Of a stretch of DNA of 64,000 nucleotides, positions 1 through 10,974 are shown in pieces. The stretch's first letter is position 1, and each line of letters begins with the position of its first letter. Origin of the DNA: Nitrospirota bacterium (GTDB taxonomy: Bacteria > Nitrospirota > UBA9217); NCBI GenBank assembly GCA_963740085.1, contig CAVUCU010000004.1:288001-352000 (forward strand). The letters are read 5' to 3'. The notes beneath the pieces are model-generated. The model was not told the DNA's origin. It did no database searches and worked only from the letters and a program-made list of their open reading frames with translations. The translations under genes and the position numbers were made by a program.

Positions 1-84
1 GCCGACCCAACAGGCTTCGGAAGAATTTTCAGGAAGCTCACCGGTCATACGCCTTCCGCTTTCAGAAACCTGCCTCAAGAGTGA
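1..84 (+). CDS. C-terminal end of AraC-family transcriptional regulator (partial, runs off window)
   Basis: Frame 1 reads ADPTGFGRIFRKLTGHTPSAFRNLPQE*, matching the AraC second-HTH signature F.R.F+K.TG.TP..+R. Confidence 0.8.
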   Translation, partial: ADPTGFGRIFRKLTGHTPSAFRNLPQE

Positions 85-100
85 TTTTCGCCGAAAAAAG

Positions 101-135
101 CATAAAAAGCCGAGTGCATGTCATAAAACGCCGAG
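101..135 (+). promoter_or_regulatory. Direct-repeat pair, candidate AraC-type operator upstream of giant surface protein
   Basis: cataaaaagccgag (101-114) and cataaaacgccgag (122-135), 21-bp period as in AraC-family half-sites. Confidence 0.55.
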
Positions 136-245
136 ACAGGTGCGGCCTGATTCTGTTACCGTTATGACATTGCGGAATATTCCGTTTATTCCGCTATGCC
201 GGTTTTTCGATAGAGATGATGCCGTTATTCCCATAGCACGACGGA

Positions 246-3200
246 GTGGTTAATTCGTTGAAGATTAAATTGTTGTCAAATGTTACGAGGCATCTGGCCC
301 AACTGGTCGCATCCCTTGCCGTCCTGTTTTTGGCGGCAAACGCGGCGCTGGCCGCCCCCTGTGACATTAAGAACAATGCTCCTCCGTTCATTGACCATGA
401 CCTGACCGCGAATGTCGTCACCAGCGCCAGTTATTGCGAGCTTTGTGGTTACGGCTATGTCACGACCATCATTTCGAATCCGTATTCCGGGGCGACGATG
501 TCCACTATGATTGTTACGGAGGACATGGGCGGTTCCGGGCTTACTTACGATCCCACTGCGCCGACGCCCATCAGGTATCGCGTAAACGGAGGTCCCGCAG
601 TCGCAGGGGCGGCCCCAAGCATCAGCGGCGGCGGATCATTGTTGACCTGGACTGCGACCCAGATACCGGCCCTCGGCAGCCTTGCTTCGGCTCCCGGTCA
701 GGGAAACAACGCACAGACCATTACCATTACGTTTGCCGTGAGGCGGGTTACCAATCCGGAGGGACTGGTGAGTGCTAATCGCACTATCCAGGCGGTTCTG
801 ACATTTGGTACGGATTTTGGTTGCGCTGACTCGCCGCAGAGCGTGACGGACACCCTGCCATTGCGTGAGCCGTTACCAGCCGCGGCAAAAAGCGGATGGA
901 ATTACGACGCGAATCAGCGTGAGGGGAACCACAGCAACCCGATATACGGCAATAACAACGATGATGTGGTCTGGCGTATCGACGTGAACAACACCGGGCT
1001 CGCGGGTCTTCAGGACCTGCGCTTCGACGACGTCATGCAGGCCAACAGCCTCGTCATCAATTACGCCTGCCCAACGGCCGCCAGCGCCAATGCCATCGCT
1101 TCGAACAACGGCGTTCTGCCGGGCGGCTCCCCCTGTGTCGCCGCAACCAACAACATCAACGACTTCATCGTTACGAATCCCTTCGGCGATATGGCCGTTT
1201 CCTTTGACGGCTACGAAGTAGATGTCGTTGCCGGCGGCATTGCCTCCCTCTACCTCGTTGGCAAGATAACGGCTGACGGTTCCTGCATAACCAGTAAGTC
1301 CAACACGGCGAGCGATATTCAGTGGGGTTGTGGAGCGCAGCCGCCCGCCGGGGGCATTACGGTAACGTCTTCCGGCATAAGACCAACGAATGCGATAGCG
1401 AACTTGTACACGCTCTATGGTCAACGATCTTCTCTGACGGTGCAGCGTGCGATCACCGGCATCAACACCGTGCAGCCAGTAGGCAGCAAAGGAATGGTGA
1501 CTATTACTGTCACCAACAACTCGGGAGGCACGGTCAAGAATATAATTTTGACGGACCTTCTTCCGCCTGAGTACGTCATTGACCCCACGTACTGGACAGG
1601 CGGGTTTGTCAAAAACTTACAGGTGCGATCCGCTCTCTTTGGCGTCAACACGATCCAGCCTGACTACGGCAGCTATCCTGGAATGGTTGACCGGATCACC
1701 TGGTCCAATCCGGCGCCGGGCACCCTGACGTCCACCGACCCCGCTGTTCCGCTTTCAAATACTCAGCCAATATTCACGTTAACCAGCACGACGGCCCATC
1801 CCCTGTATCCCGATCAGGTCAACATGCTGCGTGAAGGCGACGTCCTGACGGTGACCTTTCCCATTGTTCTCATTAAATCGTCCTTCTACGACAGAGTCGC
1901 GAATCTGGATGTCCGCACCGAGGCCCCGAATAGCGATCCGCCCGGAACCGATCCGGCCAATCAGGCAACGTTGACGAACAGGCTGACCGTTGAGTTTGAC
2001 ACCTTCTGCGGCACGCAAGGTCATCAGACCCTTGCCTTCACCGACAACAGGCCGGCCTTCCCGGAGGACCTGGATGTCGACATCGTAGGCACAGAGCTCA
2101 TCTTCATTCTCACCAATGATCCGAGCCAGTCGCTACCGCTCACGGTCGCTGTCACAAACAACGGCGGCCACGACGCAAGCAACGGCAACGACAGGAGCCA
2201 GTACCATACCTATGTTTCATTCGGGCAGGGTATGGTCGTATCGGTAGCGCCGGCTGCATGCACAAGAACCACAAACCCACCGCCGCTTCCTGTCTGGACG
2301 CTTCCGGTGTCCATACCGGCCACCGCAACGATTTATGACTGCACCGGGGGGCGGATAGCCCCCGGCGCGACCGTCAATTACGCCTTTCAGGTCATCAAGA
2401 ATGCCGATCCCAATGCGGCCGACGACCTGACGTTCCGTGCGGACACGGTCGGGGAGATCAGGTTATGGGACGGGACGCCTCTTTGGTTCCCGACGCCGAC
2501 CCCACGGCCGGACGGTCTCACTGATCGCGCGAACAACTACACGCTTGACGGCATACGTGCGCGCGTCATTGGCTTTAATCTCCTTAAGTCCGAGTACGGC
2601 AACTGCACGGAGAATCTGCCACCGCCCTCGCTTCCCGACCGCCTTGTACAGATCGGCGAGGACTGCACGTTCCATATCGATACGGGCGGCTGGTTCGGTT
2701 TTAAAACTCCGGGATTTACCTATATTGCGGTCCAGAAGATTCAGGTCGTGGACCAAACGCCCGCAGGACAGGGATACATATCATCTACAGATCCGTTCGC
2801 TAATATCGCTCCTTTTGGCAGCACGACCAGCGCTGTTAAAAGCATCAGTCTGAACAAGGGGAATAGCCTTGTACCGCCCGCGCCGCAACCTCTGGATGAG
2901 GGGTGGTTCAACTGGACATTTAACCAGACCGTTCCCGCGGAGCGCATCACCGTCAAGGACGAATGGTTCCGCGTTAATTACGTTGACCGCATCATGAATA
3001 ACCCTGTCGATGTCGTCGCGGTTCCTAACCTGCATGCAGCGCAAAGCACTAACATTCTTAATTCATATTTCCAGGCCGTGTTCTTCAATACTATTACGAA
3101 TATGGAGGAATTGTATGACCTGGGGCCCAACACCGTGGGCTACCCGCACGAAGCGGTTCGGCGCGTTGATCTGACTATTCAGGAACCCAAGCTCACGGTT

Positions 3201-6200
3201 CTCAAGGAGGTCTGTAACGAGGCGCTGTACGGCGCGGGCCCGGCGTGCAGCCACTTCGTGACGCTGGCCGATGACGGTGACGCCTACAGCTCCTATATCT
3301 ACCGCATCACGCTCACCAACGAAGCAAGCAGCAACGGTGTCCCCCGCGCGCCGGCCTACGATGTCGTCGTTACCGATACTCTCGATCTGAGCGACCTGGC
3401 TTACGTCCTCCCGTTTGGCAGCGACAGCCTGGACAATGACGGCGACGCGCTCATCGACGGTGCCGACACGGACGGCGAGGGCACGATCTCCGACAACGTA
3501 GTCAAGAACGGCGTGCCGGCAACCGTCCAGTTCTCGTATACCCATAGCAATGCCTTAAAGCGGATCGACGCGGGGAAGTCTGTTCCCCTCTATTACCGCG
3601 TAGACTTCGATGACAGCGCCGCACCGCTCCAGCAGTTCGTCAATAAAGCCAAGGCGACGTACGACAGCCTTGAGGGACAGTCCGGCAATCAGAATGCTCC
3701 GCAGCGACCGAATAGCGACAAGGGGGGCGCTCGCGTATATCAAAGCGCCGAAGCTCAGGCGACGGTCAAGATCATACCGGTCCTGACCCAGCCGAAAAAG
3801 ATCGTAGCCGTGTCCAATACCCCGCTGAGTGGATCAAGTCCTCAAGCAGTGTCGGTGGGCGAGGAAGTCAGATATGAACTTACTACGTCAATACCGGTAG
3901 CGCGACTGAGAAGCTTTGTAATCCGCGACGTGCTTCCCATCGGCATTCGGTGCACCGAAGCCCCGGTGGTGAACTTGAACGTAGCGCCCTATTCCGATGC
4001 GGGCTTCGTTCCGGGCGGAATTATCACGCCCACCTGTACAGATAATCTCGTTACCTGGAACTTCGGCGATCAGCAGGTCACCAGGGGGACGACCAACAAC
4101 CGCTACGACCTTAAGGTTAATTTCATCGCACGCGTAGAAAACACGGCCAACACCAATAACGGCGGCATGATCAGAAATGGCGGACTATCGACCAACGTCT
4201 TCGCCGACTACATTGACCAGACTGGACAGCATGTCGTCCTTACATACGGAGAAGCCGCTTTAGTCGTTCAGGAACCGAGGATCACCCTCACCAAGGCATT
4301 CTCGGTCGCAAACGGCGATGCAGGAGACATCGTAACCGTGACTGTCACGGCCACCAACTCGGGCACGGCGGCCGCGTACAACCTGCGGGTGCTGGATGAC
4401 CTTTCGGCCGTTAAGGACCTGACCTACGTGGCGGGCAGCACCGGAGGCACTGATTCGCCCGACATCGTTGATACGACCACGTTCGGAGCCAATCGCCCGG
4501 TCTTCCGCTGGAACCAGTCAAATCCCAAATACGCCATCGCTGCGGGAGCGACCCGAAGCTTCACCTTCAAGGTTAAGGTCGATACAGCGGTACAGCCCCT
4601 TGAGATCCTGAACAACACCATCCAGGCGAGTTGGCAATCTTTGCCGAGCCAGGCTACGGCATTGAACAGCACCGGGAGCATAGGCGCGGATGGCAGCGAC
4701 ATGGGCATGCGCAATGGCGCCTTGCCCAACGGCGGCAACTCCATCAACGATTACGAAACGAGCGCCGGCGCCTCATTCACGGTTTCTGCCGTCCAGATAA
4801 CGAAGACGGACTTGTCGCCGTCCGTCGTTCCCGCCATCGGCGCACAGAAACAGTTCCAGATCGAGTTCCGGCTGCCGGAAGGCACGACCAGGAACCTGGC
4901 AATCACCGACAACCTGGCCGCGACGGGTCTGAGTTACATGCTCGCGAACAATGCCAACTACGACATCACCTACGAGTTCGTGGGTATCGCGAGTATCAAT
5001 GGCCAGGCACCGGGCGAAGCGGCCTTTACATCGTTCCCGGCCGACGACACGTCCGGGAGCGCGATATGGAACATCGGAACGGTGGTCACCGCCACCGAGG
5101 ACGACGTCGTATCCAACACAGTTAACCCGGTCATCCGCATCAAATATTACGCGCGCGCCAATAACGATCTCCAGACCCAGGCAGGCAGTACGCTGCAGAA
5201 CTCCGTCACCGTCACCTATACGAACGGCGCGACTGGTGCGACGCAGACGCTGACCGCCTCCACGTCGCCCGTTACCGTGGTGGAACCGAAACTGACGCTC
5301 ACCAAGACCGCGGCCAATGTGGCGCCGGGCAAGCAACCGGGCGATGTGGCCGTGGGGGGAGACATCCTCGAATATCGCGTTACCGCGACCAACACCGGAA
5401 ACACTACGGCCTATGATGTCAACGTGAAGGACACGCTGCCCCCCGGGCTCGCGTGGTATTCGGGCTTTGCGCCGACGGCGACGATCAATGGTGTTCCCGT
5501 CGTCGCGTTTGTCCAAACACCCGTCGGTCAGCCGAATGGTCCGCTCATCTGGGGGCAGGGCAATGGCGACGGGAGCATCGACATCCCGGCCGGCCAGACC
5601 CTGATACTCACGTATCGTGCCACCGTCGTTATTGCCAATAGCCAGATCCAAAACGGTGTTCTGGCCGACTGGACCTCGCTCGATGGACAAAGCTCATATG
5701 AAAGAACCGGTGTTGGCTGCCCGAATGTTACGCCGCCCAATATCTACTGCGTGGGGCCTGTGACCGCAACCACACTTGGTGTGCAGCCGGTACTGGTATT
5801 CCAGAAGACCTTTATGAACGTAACGCCGGGCAAGCAACCGGGCGCGAACGTGACACCGGGAGATACGCTCAGATACAGCATCCTGGTCAGGAACATCAGC
5901 ACAGCCTCAGTCAATAATTTCTCCATCACTGACGAACTGGACAGGCTTAATGCCCTCCCGATGTTCGTACCCGGCACGCTTGCGCTCGTTACTGCGCCCG
6001 TGGGTGCCTCTACCTCGAACAGCAACCTGACCGGCGGCACCAAGGGGACAGGGCTCGTGGACATTCGTAACCTCAATGTTACGGCCGCAGGCGGGGGTTC
6101 TGACACGATAACAATCGAGTTCGATGCGAGACTTATACCCGTGATCACGAACGGTACAGTTATTTTGGATCAGGCGCAACTAACGGTATCCGGCCTCTAT

Positions 6201-9200
6201 TTCGGCAACAGCGATGATCCCAACGTAAACGGCGCCGACAATCCCGCAATACAGGGCGACGAAGACCCGACACGTACCGTGGTCTTTTCCACACCCGCCT
6301 TCCGGTTCCAGAAGACGGTGCAGGATATTACATCCGGCACTTCCACGGTCATGCCTGGTGATACTCTTCGTTACACCATCACCGTGAAAAACAGCGGCAC
6401 CGAGAACGCATCGGGCGTCTCTTTACGCGACCAGATTCCGGCGAATACGGCATATGTTGCCAATTCCACGAAGATTAATGGAACGGCTGTTCCTGATCCC
6501 GCGACCGGTGTTTCGCCGCTTCAAAACGGCATGCTGGTGCATGCACCCGAAGATGCTACGCCTGGCTCTATGCGGGCAGACAGTACCGCCACCACGACCA
6601 ATGTTGGAACGGTCACGTTTGATGCCGTCGTCAGCCCTGGTCTTTTTAATGGCGCGTCCATTTGTAACCAGGGATTTGTTACCGGTTCCGGTTTGGGCAG
6701 CGGCCCCTTCTCTGAACAGCCGTCTGATAACCCGGCAACACAAGTGATAAATGATCCTACCTGCAAGGTGGTCGGCAACATGCCGCTCCTCTACGCAGAA
6801 AAGACGGTTGCGATCGCCGTGGACAATGGAACGCCAGGGGTCGTTGATCCAGGTGATGTGCTTCGCTACACCATAACAATCAGCAACTCCGGCGCAATTC
6901 CGGCAACGAACGCCGTTCTGGCGGACATTGTGCCGCTGAATACGACGTACGTCGCCAACTCAGTTAAGATAAACGGTATTGCGGTGCCCGATAATGGCGG
7001 CTCTCCGCTCGCCGCAGGGCTTCCTGTCAGTTCCTCGGACCTGACGCCACCTCTTCCCGGCATCGGTGCCGGGACTTTGTCAGCCGGAGCTACAGCGACT
7101 GTCATCTTTGACGTCCAGGTCAACGCAGGCGTACCCTCGGGCACTATTATCAGTAACCAGGGCAGTGTGACGAGCTCGCAACTTCCGACGCTTTTAACCG
7201 ACTCGGATGGAAATCCATCAAACGGTTATCAGCCGACAGTTGTCGTGGTTGGTAACGGGCAACAACTCATAATTACCAAGCAGGTTTCCGTCGTTGGCGG
7301 CGGGACCGCCGATGTCGGCTCCGAGCTTGAGTATGTGGTGCAAGTGACCAATATCGGCGCGGTTCCCGCGACCAACGTGTTGGTCACCGACGCTCTCCCT
7401 GGCCAGCTCTCATACGTTCCAGGATCGGCAGCACTTAATAGTTCAAGTGCCGGGATCACTGTTGCGGCTTTGGTCATCACGGCGGACTACTCGTCGGTAT
7501 ACGGGGGCCTGCTCTCGAACGGGACGTCGGTCCTCAGATTCCATGCAAAGATCGTGTCGGGAGCGCCCGGTACAACGCTGACCAATACCGCACAGGTTAC
7601 ATGGAATACTCCGAGCCAGAGCGCCTCGGCCAGCGCATCTGTGGACATCGGTGGAACTCCCGGAAGCGCCTCTCTGGCCGGCCATCTCTGGCATGACGCG
7701 AACTTCAACAAAATATCAGACAGCGATGAAAAGGTACTGAGCGGATGGACAGTTCAGGTCTATCGGAACAGCCAGCTCTTAGGATACGTGCCGACCGACG
7801 TGAGCGGCGCATACAGGTTAAGCGGCCTCGCACCCACGACAACGGCTGCCGACCAGTACGAAGTCCGCTTTCGCGCGCCCGGCGCCACGACAAGCACGGC
7901 GCTCCTTGGCCGCGCCGACTCGCCATTCACGAACGGCATGCAGCGGATCTCCGGCATCACGGCCCTCTCGGGCAGTAATCTCCAGAACCTGAATCTTCCG
8001 ATCGACCCGAACGGCGTGGTTTACAACTCGGTCCTTCGCATGCCGATCGATGGCACTACCGTAACCATGCTGCGGGCATCGACGAAGAATGCGCTCCCTG
8101 CGGTCTGTTTCGATGACCCGGCTCAGCAAAACCAGATGACGATGGCTTCGGGCTACTATAAGTTCGACCTTAATTTCAGCGATCCGTCCTGCCCGTCGGG
8201 GGCCGACTACCTGATTCAAGTTACTCCTCCGGCGAACGGATACGGCTCCATGCCGTCCAGGATCATTCCGCCTACGACAAGCGACGCAACTGCGGCATTC
8301 TCAGTGCCGGGATGCCCCGGGACGGTTGATGATGCTATTCCGACGACCTTGTCTTACTGCGAAGCGCAGCCTTCCGAGTTTGCCCCGGCAGCAAGCATAG
8401 CCGCTGGATCTGCCGGAACGAAATACTACCTGCACTTTACGCTCAGTAACGACGGAGTTGGCAGCGTTGAACTTTTTGATAACCATATTCCGGTAGACCC
8501 GCCATTAAACACCGCGGTCTCTATCACGAAGACGGCATCGCTTACCAATGTGACCAGGGGTCAGATGGTGCCGTATACGATCACGATCAAAAACACGTTG
8601 GGTGCGCCGTTCCCGAACGTGACCATCGTCGACACCTTCCCGCCCGGCTTCAAGTATGTCTCCGGCTCCGCGCGTTACGACGGCAAGCCGCTCGAACCGG
8701 CGAAGACGACACGCGACCTCCGTTGGGAGAACCTTCTGCTCGCAAGCGCTGACCAGCATGTGATCAAGCTTTTGCTTCTCCCGGGCGCAGGTGTTCATGA
8801 AGGGAACTATGTGAACAGCGCACAGGCACTAAACGGCCCTACGGGCGAAGCAATATCCACCGTGGCTATGGCGACAGTCAGAATCGTCCCCGATCCCACT
8901 ATGGACTGCACGGACATCATCGGCAAGGTCTTTGATGACGCTAACGCCAATGGCAGCCCCGACCAGGGAGAAAAGGGCCTGGGCGGGGTGCGAATCGTCT
9001 CCGCGCGCGGTCTTATTGCGACGACGGACAAGTATGGCCGATTCCATATTACCTGCGCCGCCATACCCAACGAGGACAGGGGCGGCAACTTCATCTTAAA
9101 GCTCGATGACCGCACGCTTCCTACCGGGTACCGCGTCACCACCGAGAACCCGCTTGTGCGACGTGTGACCCGCGGCAAAGCGATTAAATTCAACTTCGGC

Positions 9201-9518
9201 GCGGCTCTCCACAAGGTCGTGCGTCTTGACATCGCTGACGGTGCGTTTGAACCGGAAACATCCGAGATCAGGGAGCAGTGGAAGCCGCGGATCGAGATGC
9301 TGCTCGCCGAACTTCAGAAAGCTCCCGCCATTCTCCGTATCTCGTACCTCGCAGATGTGGAGGACCCGCAGGTTGTGAAGGCGCGCATGGAGGCTGTCAA
9401 GCGCGAGATCGCAGGCAGGTGGGATCGGGAAAACTACCAATTAATGATCGAGACAGAGGTCTTCTGGCGGCGGGGCGGGCCTCCCGACACAAGGACATCA
9501 GTTGGCGCCGGACAATAA
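246..9518 (+). CDS. Giant secreted DUF11 / isopeptide-forming fimbrial-domain repeat protein with SdrD-B-like domains and degenerate OmpA-like C-terminus (putative adhesin)
   Basis: 3090 aa; Sec signal (…ANAALA/AP); many GD.L.Y.I.V.N.G repeats preceded by L..TK; DNDGD Ca-type motif; GHLWHDAN and GKVFDDANANG SdrD-B motifs; Thr/Val/Gly/Asn-rich. Confidence 0.9.
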   Translation: MVNSLKIKLLSNVTRHLAQLVASLAVLFLAANAALAAPCDIKNNAPPFIDHDLTANVVTSASYCELCGYGYVTTIISNPYSGATMSTMIVTEDMGGSGLTYDPTAPTPIRYRVNGGPAVAGAAPSISGGGSLLTWTATQIPALGSLASAPGQGNNAQTITITFAVRRVTNPEGLVSANRTIQAVLTFGTDFGCADSPQSVTDTLPLREPLPAAAKSGWNYDANQREGNHSNPIYGNNNDDVVWRIDVNNTGLAGLQDLRFDDVMQANSLVINYACPTAASANAIASNNGVLPGGSPCVAATNNINDFIVTNPFGDMAVSFDGYEVDVVAGGIASLYLVGKITADGSCITSKSNTASDIQWGCGAQPPAGGITVTSSGIRPTNAIANLYTLYGQRSSLTVQRAITGINTVQPVGSKGMVTITVTNNSGGTVKNIILTDLLPPEYVIDPTYWTGGFVKNLQVRSALFGVNTIQPDYGSYPGMVDRITWSNPAPGTLTSTDPAVPLSNTQPIFTLTSTTAHPLYPDQVNMLREGDVLTVTFPIVLIKSSFYDRVANLDVRTEAPNSDPPGTDPANQATLTNRLTVEFDTFCGTQGHQTLAFTDNRPAFPEDLDVDIVGTELIFILTNDPSQSLPLTVAVTNNGGHDASNGNDRSQYHTYVSFGQGMVVSVAPAACTRTTNPPPLPVWTLPVSIPATATIYDCTGGRIAPGATVNYAFQVIKNADPNAADDLTFRADTVGEIRLWDGTPLWFPTPTPRPDGLTDRANNYTLDGIRARVIGFNLLKSEYGNCTENLPPPSLPDRLVQIGEDCTFHIDTGGWFGFKTPGFTYIAVQKIQVVDQTPAGQGYISSTDPFANIAPFGSTTSAVKSISLNKGNSLVPPAPQPLDEGWFNWTFNQTVPAERITVKDEWFRVNYVDRIMNNPVDVVAVPNLHAAQSTNILNSYFQAVFFNTITNMEELYDLGPNTVGYPHEAVRRVDLTIQEPKLTVLKEVCNEALYGAGPACSHFVTLADDGDAYSSYIYRITLTNEASSNGVPRAPAYDVVVTDTLDLSDLAYVLPFGSDSLDNDGDALIDGADTDGEGTISDNVVKNGVPATVQFSYTHSNALKRIDAGKSVPLYYRVDFDDSAAPLQQFVNKAKATYDSLEGQSGNQNAPQRPNSDKGGARVYQSAEAQATVKIIPVLTQPKKIVAVSNTPLSGSSPQAVSVGEEVRYELTTSIPVARLRSFVIRDVLPIGIRCTEAPVVNLNVAPYSDAGFVPGGIITPTCTDNLVTWNFGDQQVTRGTTNNRYDLKVNFIARVENTANTNNGGMIRNGGLSTNVFADYIDQTGQHVVLTYGEAALVVQEPRITLTKAFSVANGDAGDIVTVTVTATNSGTAAAYNLRVLDDLSAVKDLTYVAGSTGGTDSPDIVDTTTFGANRPVFRWNQSNPKYAIAAGATRSFTFKVKVDTAVQPLEILNNTIQASWQSLPSQATALNSTGSIGADGSDMGMRNGALPNGGNSINDYETSAGASFTVSAVQITKTDLSPSVVPAIGAQKQFQIEFRLPEGTTRNLAITDNLAATGLSYMLANNANYDITYEFVGIASINGQAPGEAAFTSFPADDTSGSAIWNIGTVVTATEDDVVSNTVNPVIRIKYYARANNDLQTQAGSTLQNSVTVTYTNGATGATQTLTASTSPVTVVEPKLTLTKTAANVAPGKQPGDVAVGGDILEYRVTATNTGNTTAYDVNVKDTLPPGLAWYSGFAPTATINGVPVVAFVQTPVGQPNGPLIWGQGNGDGSIDIPAGQTLILTYRATVVIANSQIQNGVLADWTSLDGQSSYERTGVGCPNVTPPNIYCVGPVTATTLGVQPVLVFQKTFMNVTPGKQPGANVTPGDTLRYSILVRNISTASVNNFSITDELDRLNALPMFVPGTLALVTAPVGASTSNSNLTGGTKGTGLVDIRNLNVTAAGGGSDTITIEFDARLIPVITNGTVILDQAQLTVSGLYFGNSDDPNVNGADNPAIQGDEDPTRTVVFSTPAFRFQKTVQDITSGTSTVMPGDTLRYTITVKNSGTENASGVSLRDQIPANTAYVANSTKINGTAVPDPATGVSPLQNGMLVHAPEDATPGSMRADSTATTTNVGTVTFDAVVSPGLFNGASICNQGFVTGSGLGSGPFSEQPSDNPATQVINDPTCKVVGNMPLLYAEKTVAIAVDNGTPGVVDPGDVLRYTITISNSGAIPATNAVLADIVPLNTTYVANSVKINGIAVPDNGGSPLAAGLPVSSSDLTPPLPGIGAGTLSAGATATVIFDVQVNAGVPSGTIISNQGSVTSSQLPTLLTDSDGNPSNGYQPTVVVVGNGQQLIITKQVSVVGGGTADVGSELEYVVQVTNIGAVPATNVLVTDALPGQLSYVPGSAALNSSSAGITVAALVITADYSSVYGGLLSNGTSVLRFHAKIVSGAPGTTLTNTAQVTWNTPSQSASASASVDIGGTPGSASLAGHLWHDANFNKISDSDEKVLSGWTVQVYRNSQLLGYVPTDVSGAYRLSGLAPTTTAADQYEVRFRAPGATTSTALLGRADSPFTNGMQRISGITALSGSNLQNLNLPIDPNGVVYNSVLRMPIDGTTVTMLRASTKNALPAVCFDDPAQQNQMTMASGYYKFDLNFSDPSCPSGADYLIQVTPPANGYGSMPSRIIPPTTSDATAAFSVPGCPGTVDDAIPTTLSYCEAQPSEFAPAASIAAGSAGTKYYLHFTLSNDGVGSVELFDNHIPVDPPLNTAVSITKTASLTNVTRGQMVPYTITIKNTLGAPFPNVTIVDTFPPGFKYVSGSARYDGKPLEPAKTTRDLRWENLLLASADQHVIKLLLLPGAGVHEGNYVNSAQALNGPTGEAISTVAMATVRIVPDPTMDCTDIIGKVFDDANANGSPDQGEKGLGGVRIVSARGLIATTDKYGRFHITCAAIPNEDRGGNFILKLDDRTLPTGYRVTTENPLVRRVTRGKAIKFNFGAALHKVVRLDIADGAFEPETSEIREQWKPRIEMLLAELQKAPAILRISYLADVEDPQVVKARMEAVKREIAGRWDRENYQLMIETEVFWRRGGPPDTRTSVGAGQ

Positions 9519-9519
9519 C

Positions 9520-10974
9520 ATGGTTAAACGAATTTTCATAAGCGTCGTTCTGTGTCTCGGTTCCGTTGTTTCTGTTGCGGGAACTAACACGGCTGCTGTT
9601 CCGGCTATCCCGTTACAATCGGGATCCGGCGTGTCGGATGCGCCCGCGTTAGGCCAGGCTGTTGAAAAACAGTCAGGAGTTGATGAGCCGCGCACCTTAT
9701 GGGGACAGGGTAGTTACGCGAACGGCAAAAAGGGAGATAAGCTCGAAGTGAAAAAGGTCATGGAAAAAGCCGTGAAGACCATTAAACTTCAGAACGTCGT
9801 CCCGCCGATCCACTTTGCGTCCGGAGAAGCGCAAATCCCCGCAGGTTATGTAGAACGTCTGCGCGACATACTTGACAGCATAAAGGAAAAGACCAACGTG
9901 AGGCTTCATTTTGCAGGACACACGGATAATGCGCAGTTATTCGGAGAAGTGAAGGAAAAGTACGGCGACAATCTCACGTTATCGCGGGAACGTGCAGGTG
10001 TGACCGCGGAGCATTTTCAGAGAGCACTTCATCTTCCGCCCGAGTCGATCACGTATGAGGGCATGGGCGAATCCCAGCCAATAGCAAGTAACATCACAGA
10101 GCGTGGTAAGGCGCAGAATCGCCGGGTTGAAGTCGGGGTCTGGTATGACGAGGTCACCGATAAGCTCGTCGATAAAGAAGTAGTGGTCGCCGAGGCGATG
10201 AACCGCGTAAAGGTATGCCGCATCGAAACGGTGTGCAAAATGCGCTACAAGGAGGGGCAATCAAAGCGTGCCCGCATCAAGAACCTGGTGAAGCCGCTCC
10301 GCTTTGACGACGACACGACGGACGTTCCTGATGATTTTGTCCAGAAAGTGAAGCAGGCGCTCGGCAACCTCGCTACAAAGGGGCATGTCGTCGTCAAATT
10401 TATCGGATACACCGACAATCTTCCGCTTACGGGGCGCGCACTGCGTATTTACGGAGACGCAGTGGGGCTATCGAAGGCGCGGGCGCGCAGGGCTGCACTG
10501 GCTGTTCAGGATGCGCTTAAACTCCCCACATCCGGGATCGACGTGGAAGGCAAGGGCCCGGCTAATCCCATCGCTTCGAACGAAACCGATAAAGGCCGGT
10601 CGCTTAACAGGCGCATCGAGGTTGAATTCTGGTATGACGATGCCCTGCAGGAACTGTCGGATGAGCCACAGCTTTGCCCGGAAGCGGCCGGTGCTGAGGC
10701 CGTGACCCGCTATTACGATTCTCCGTCAGGCGGCGTCAAGCCGATACTTTTCGAGAAGGGGAAGCCGGTCATTACTTCAGAACATCTGGAGCGCCTGCGG
10801 AGCAGCATGGACGAAATTCGTGATAAAACAATGGTGCGTTTGCGCTTCATCGGTTATACCAATAATGAACGTCTCGATCGCCGTACCGCGATGGTGTACC
10901 GGGACGATATCGGTCTTTCAACCGCTCGTGCCCGACGTGCCATGAGATGCCGTCAAAGAGCAGTTGAACCTTAA
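9520..10974 (+). CDS. OmpA-family protein with tandem OmpA_C-like domains; N-terminal part of a gene frameshifted at ~10945
   Basis: Signal peptide; GHTDN…LSRERA…NRRVEV, GYTDN…LSKARA…NRRIEV, third domain GYTNN…LSTARARRAM interrupted. Confidence 0.85.
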   Translation: MVKRIFISVVLCLGSVVSVAGTNTAAVPAIPLQSGSGVSDAPALGQAVEKQSGVDEPRTLWGQGSYANGKKGDKLEVKKVMEKAVKTIKLQNVVPPIHFASGEAQIPAGYVERLRDILDSIKEKTNVRLHFAGHTDNAQLFGEVKEKYGDNLTLSRERAGVTAEHFQRALHLPPESITYEGMGESQPIASNITERGKAQNRRVEVGVWYDEVTDKLVDKEVVVAEAMNRVKVCRIETVCKMRYKEGQSKRARIKNLVKPLRFDDDTTDVPDDFVQKVKQALGNLATKGHVVVKFIGYTDNLPLTGRALRIYGDAVGLSKARARRAALAVQDALKLPTSGIDVEGKGPANPIASNETDKGRSLNRRIEVEFWYDDALQELSDEPQLCPEAAGAEAVTRYYDSPSGGVKPILFEKGKPVITSEHLERLRSSMDEIRDKTMVRLRFIGYTNNERLDRRTAMVYRDDIGLSTARARRAMRCRQRAVEP

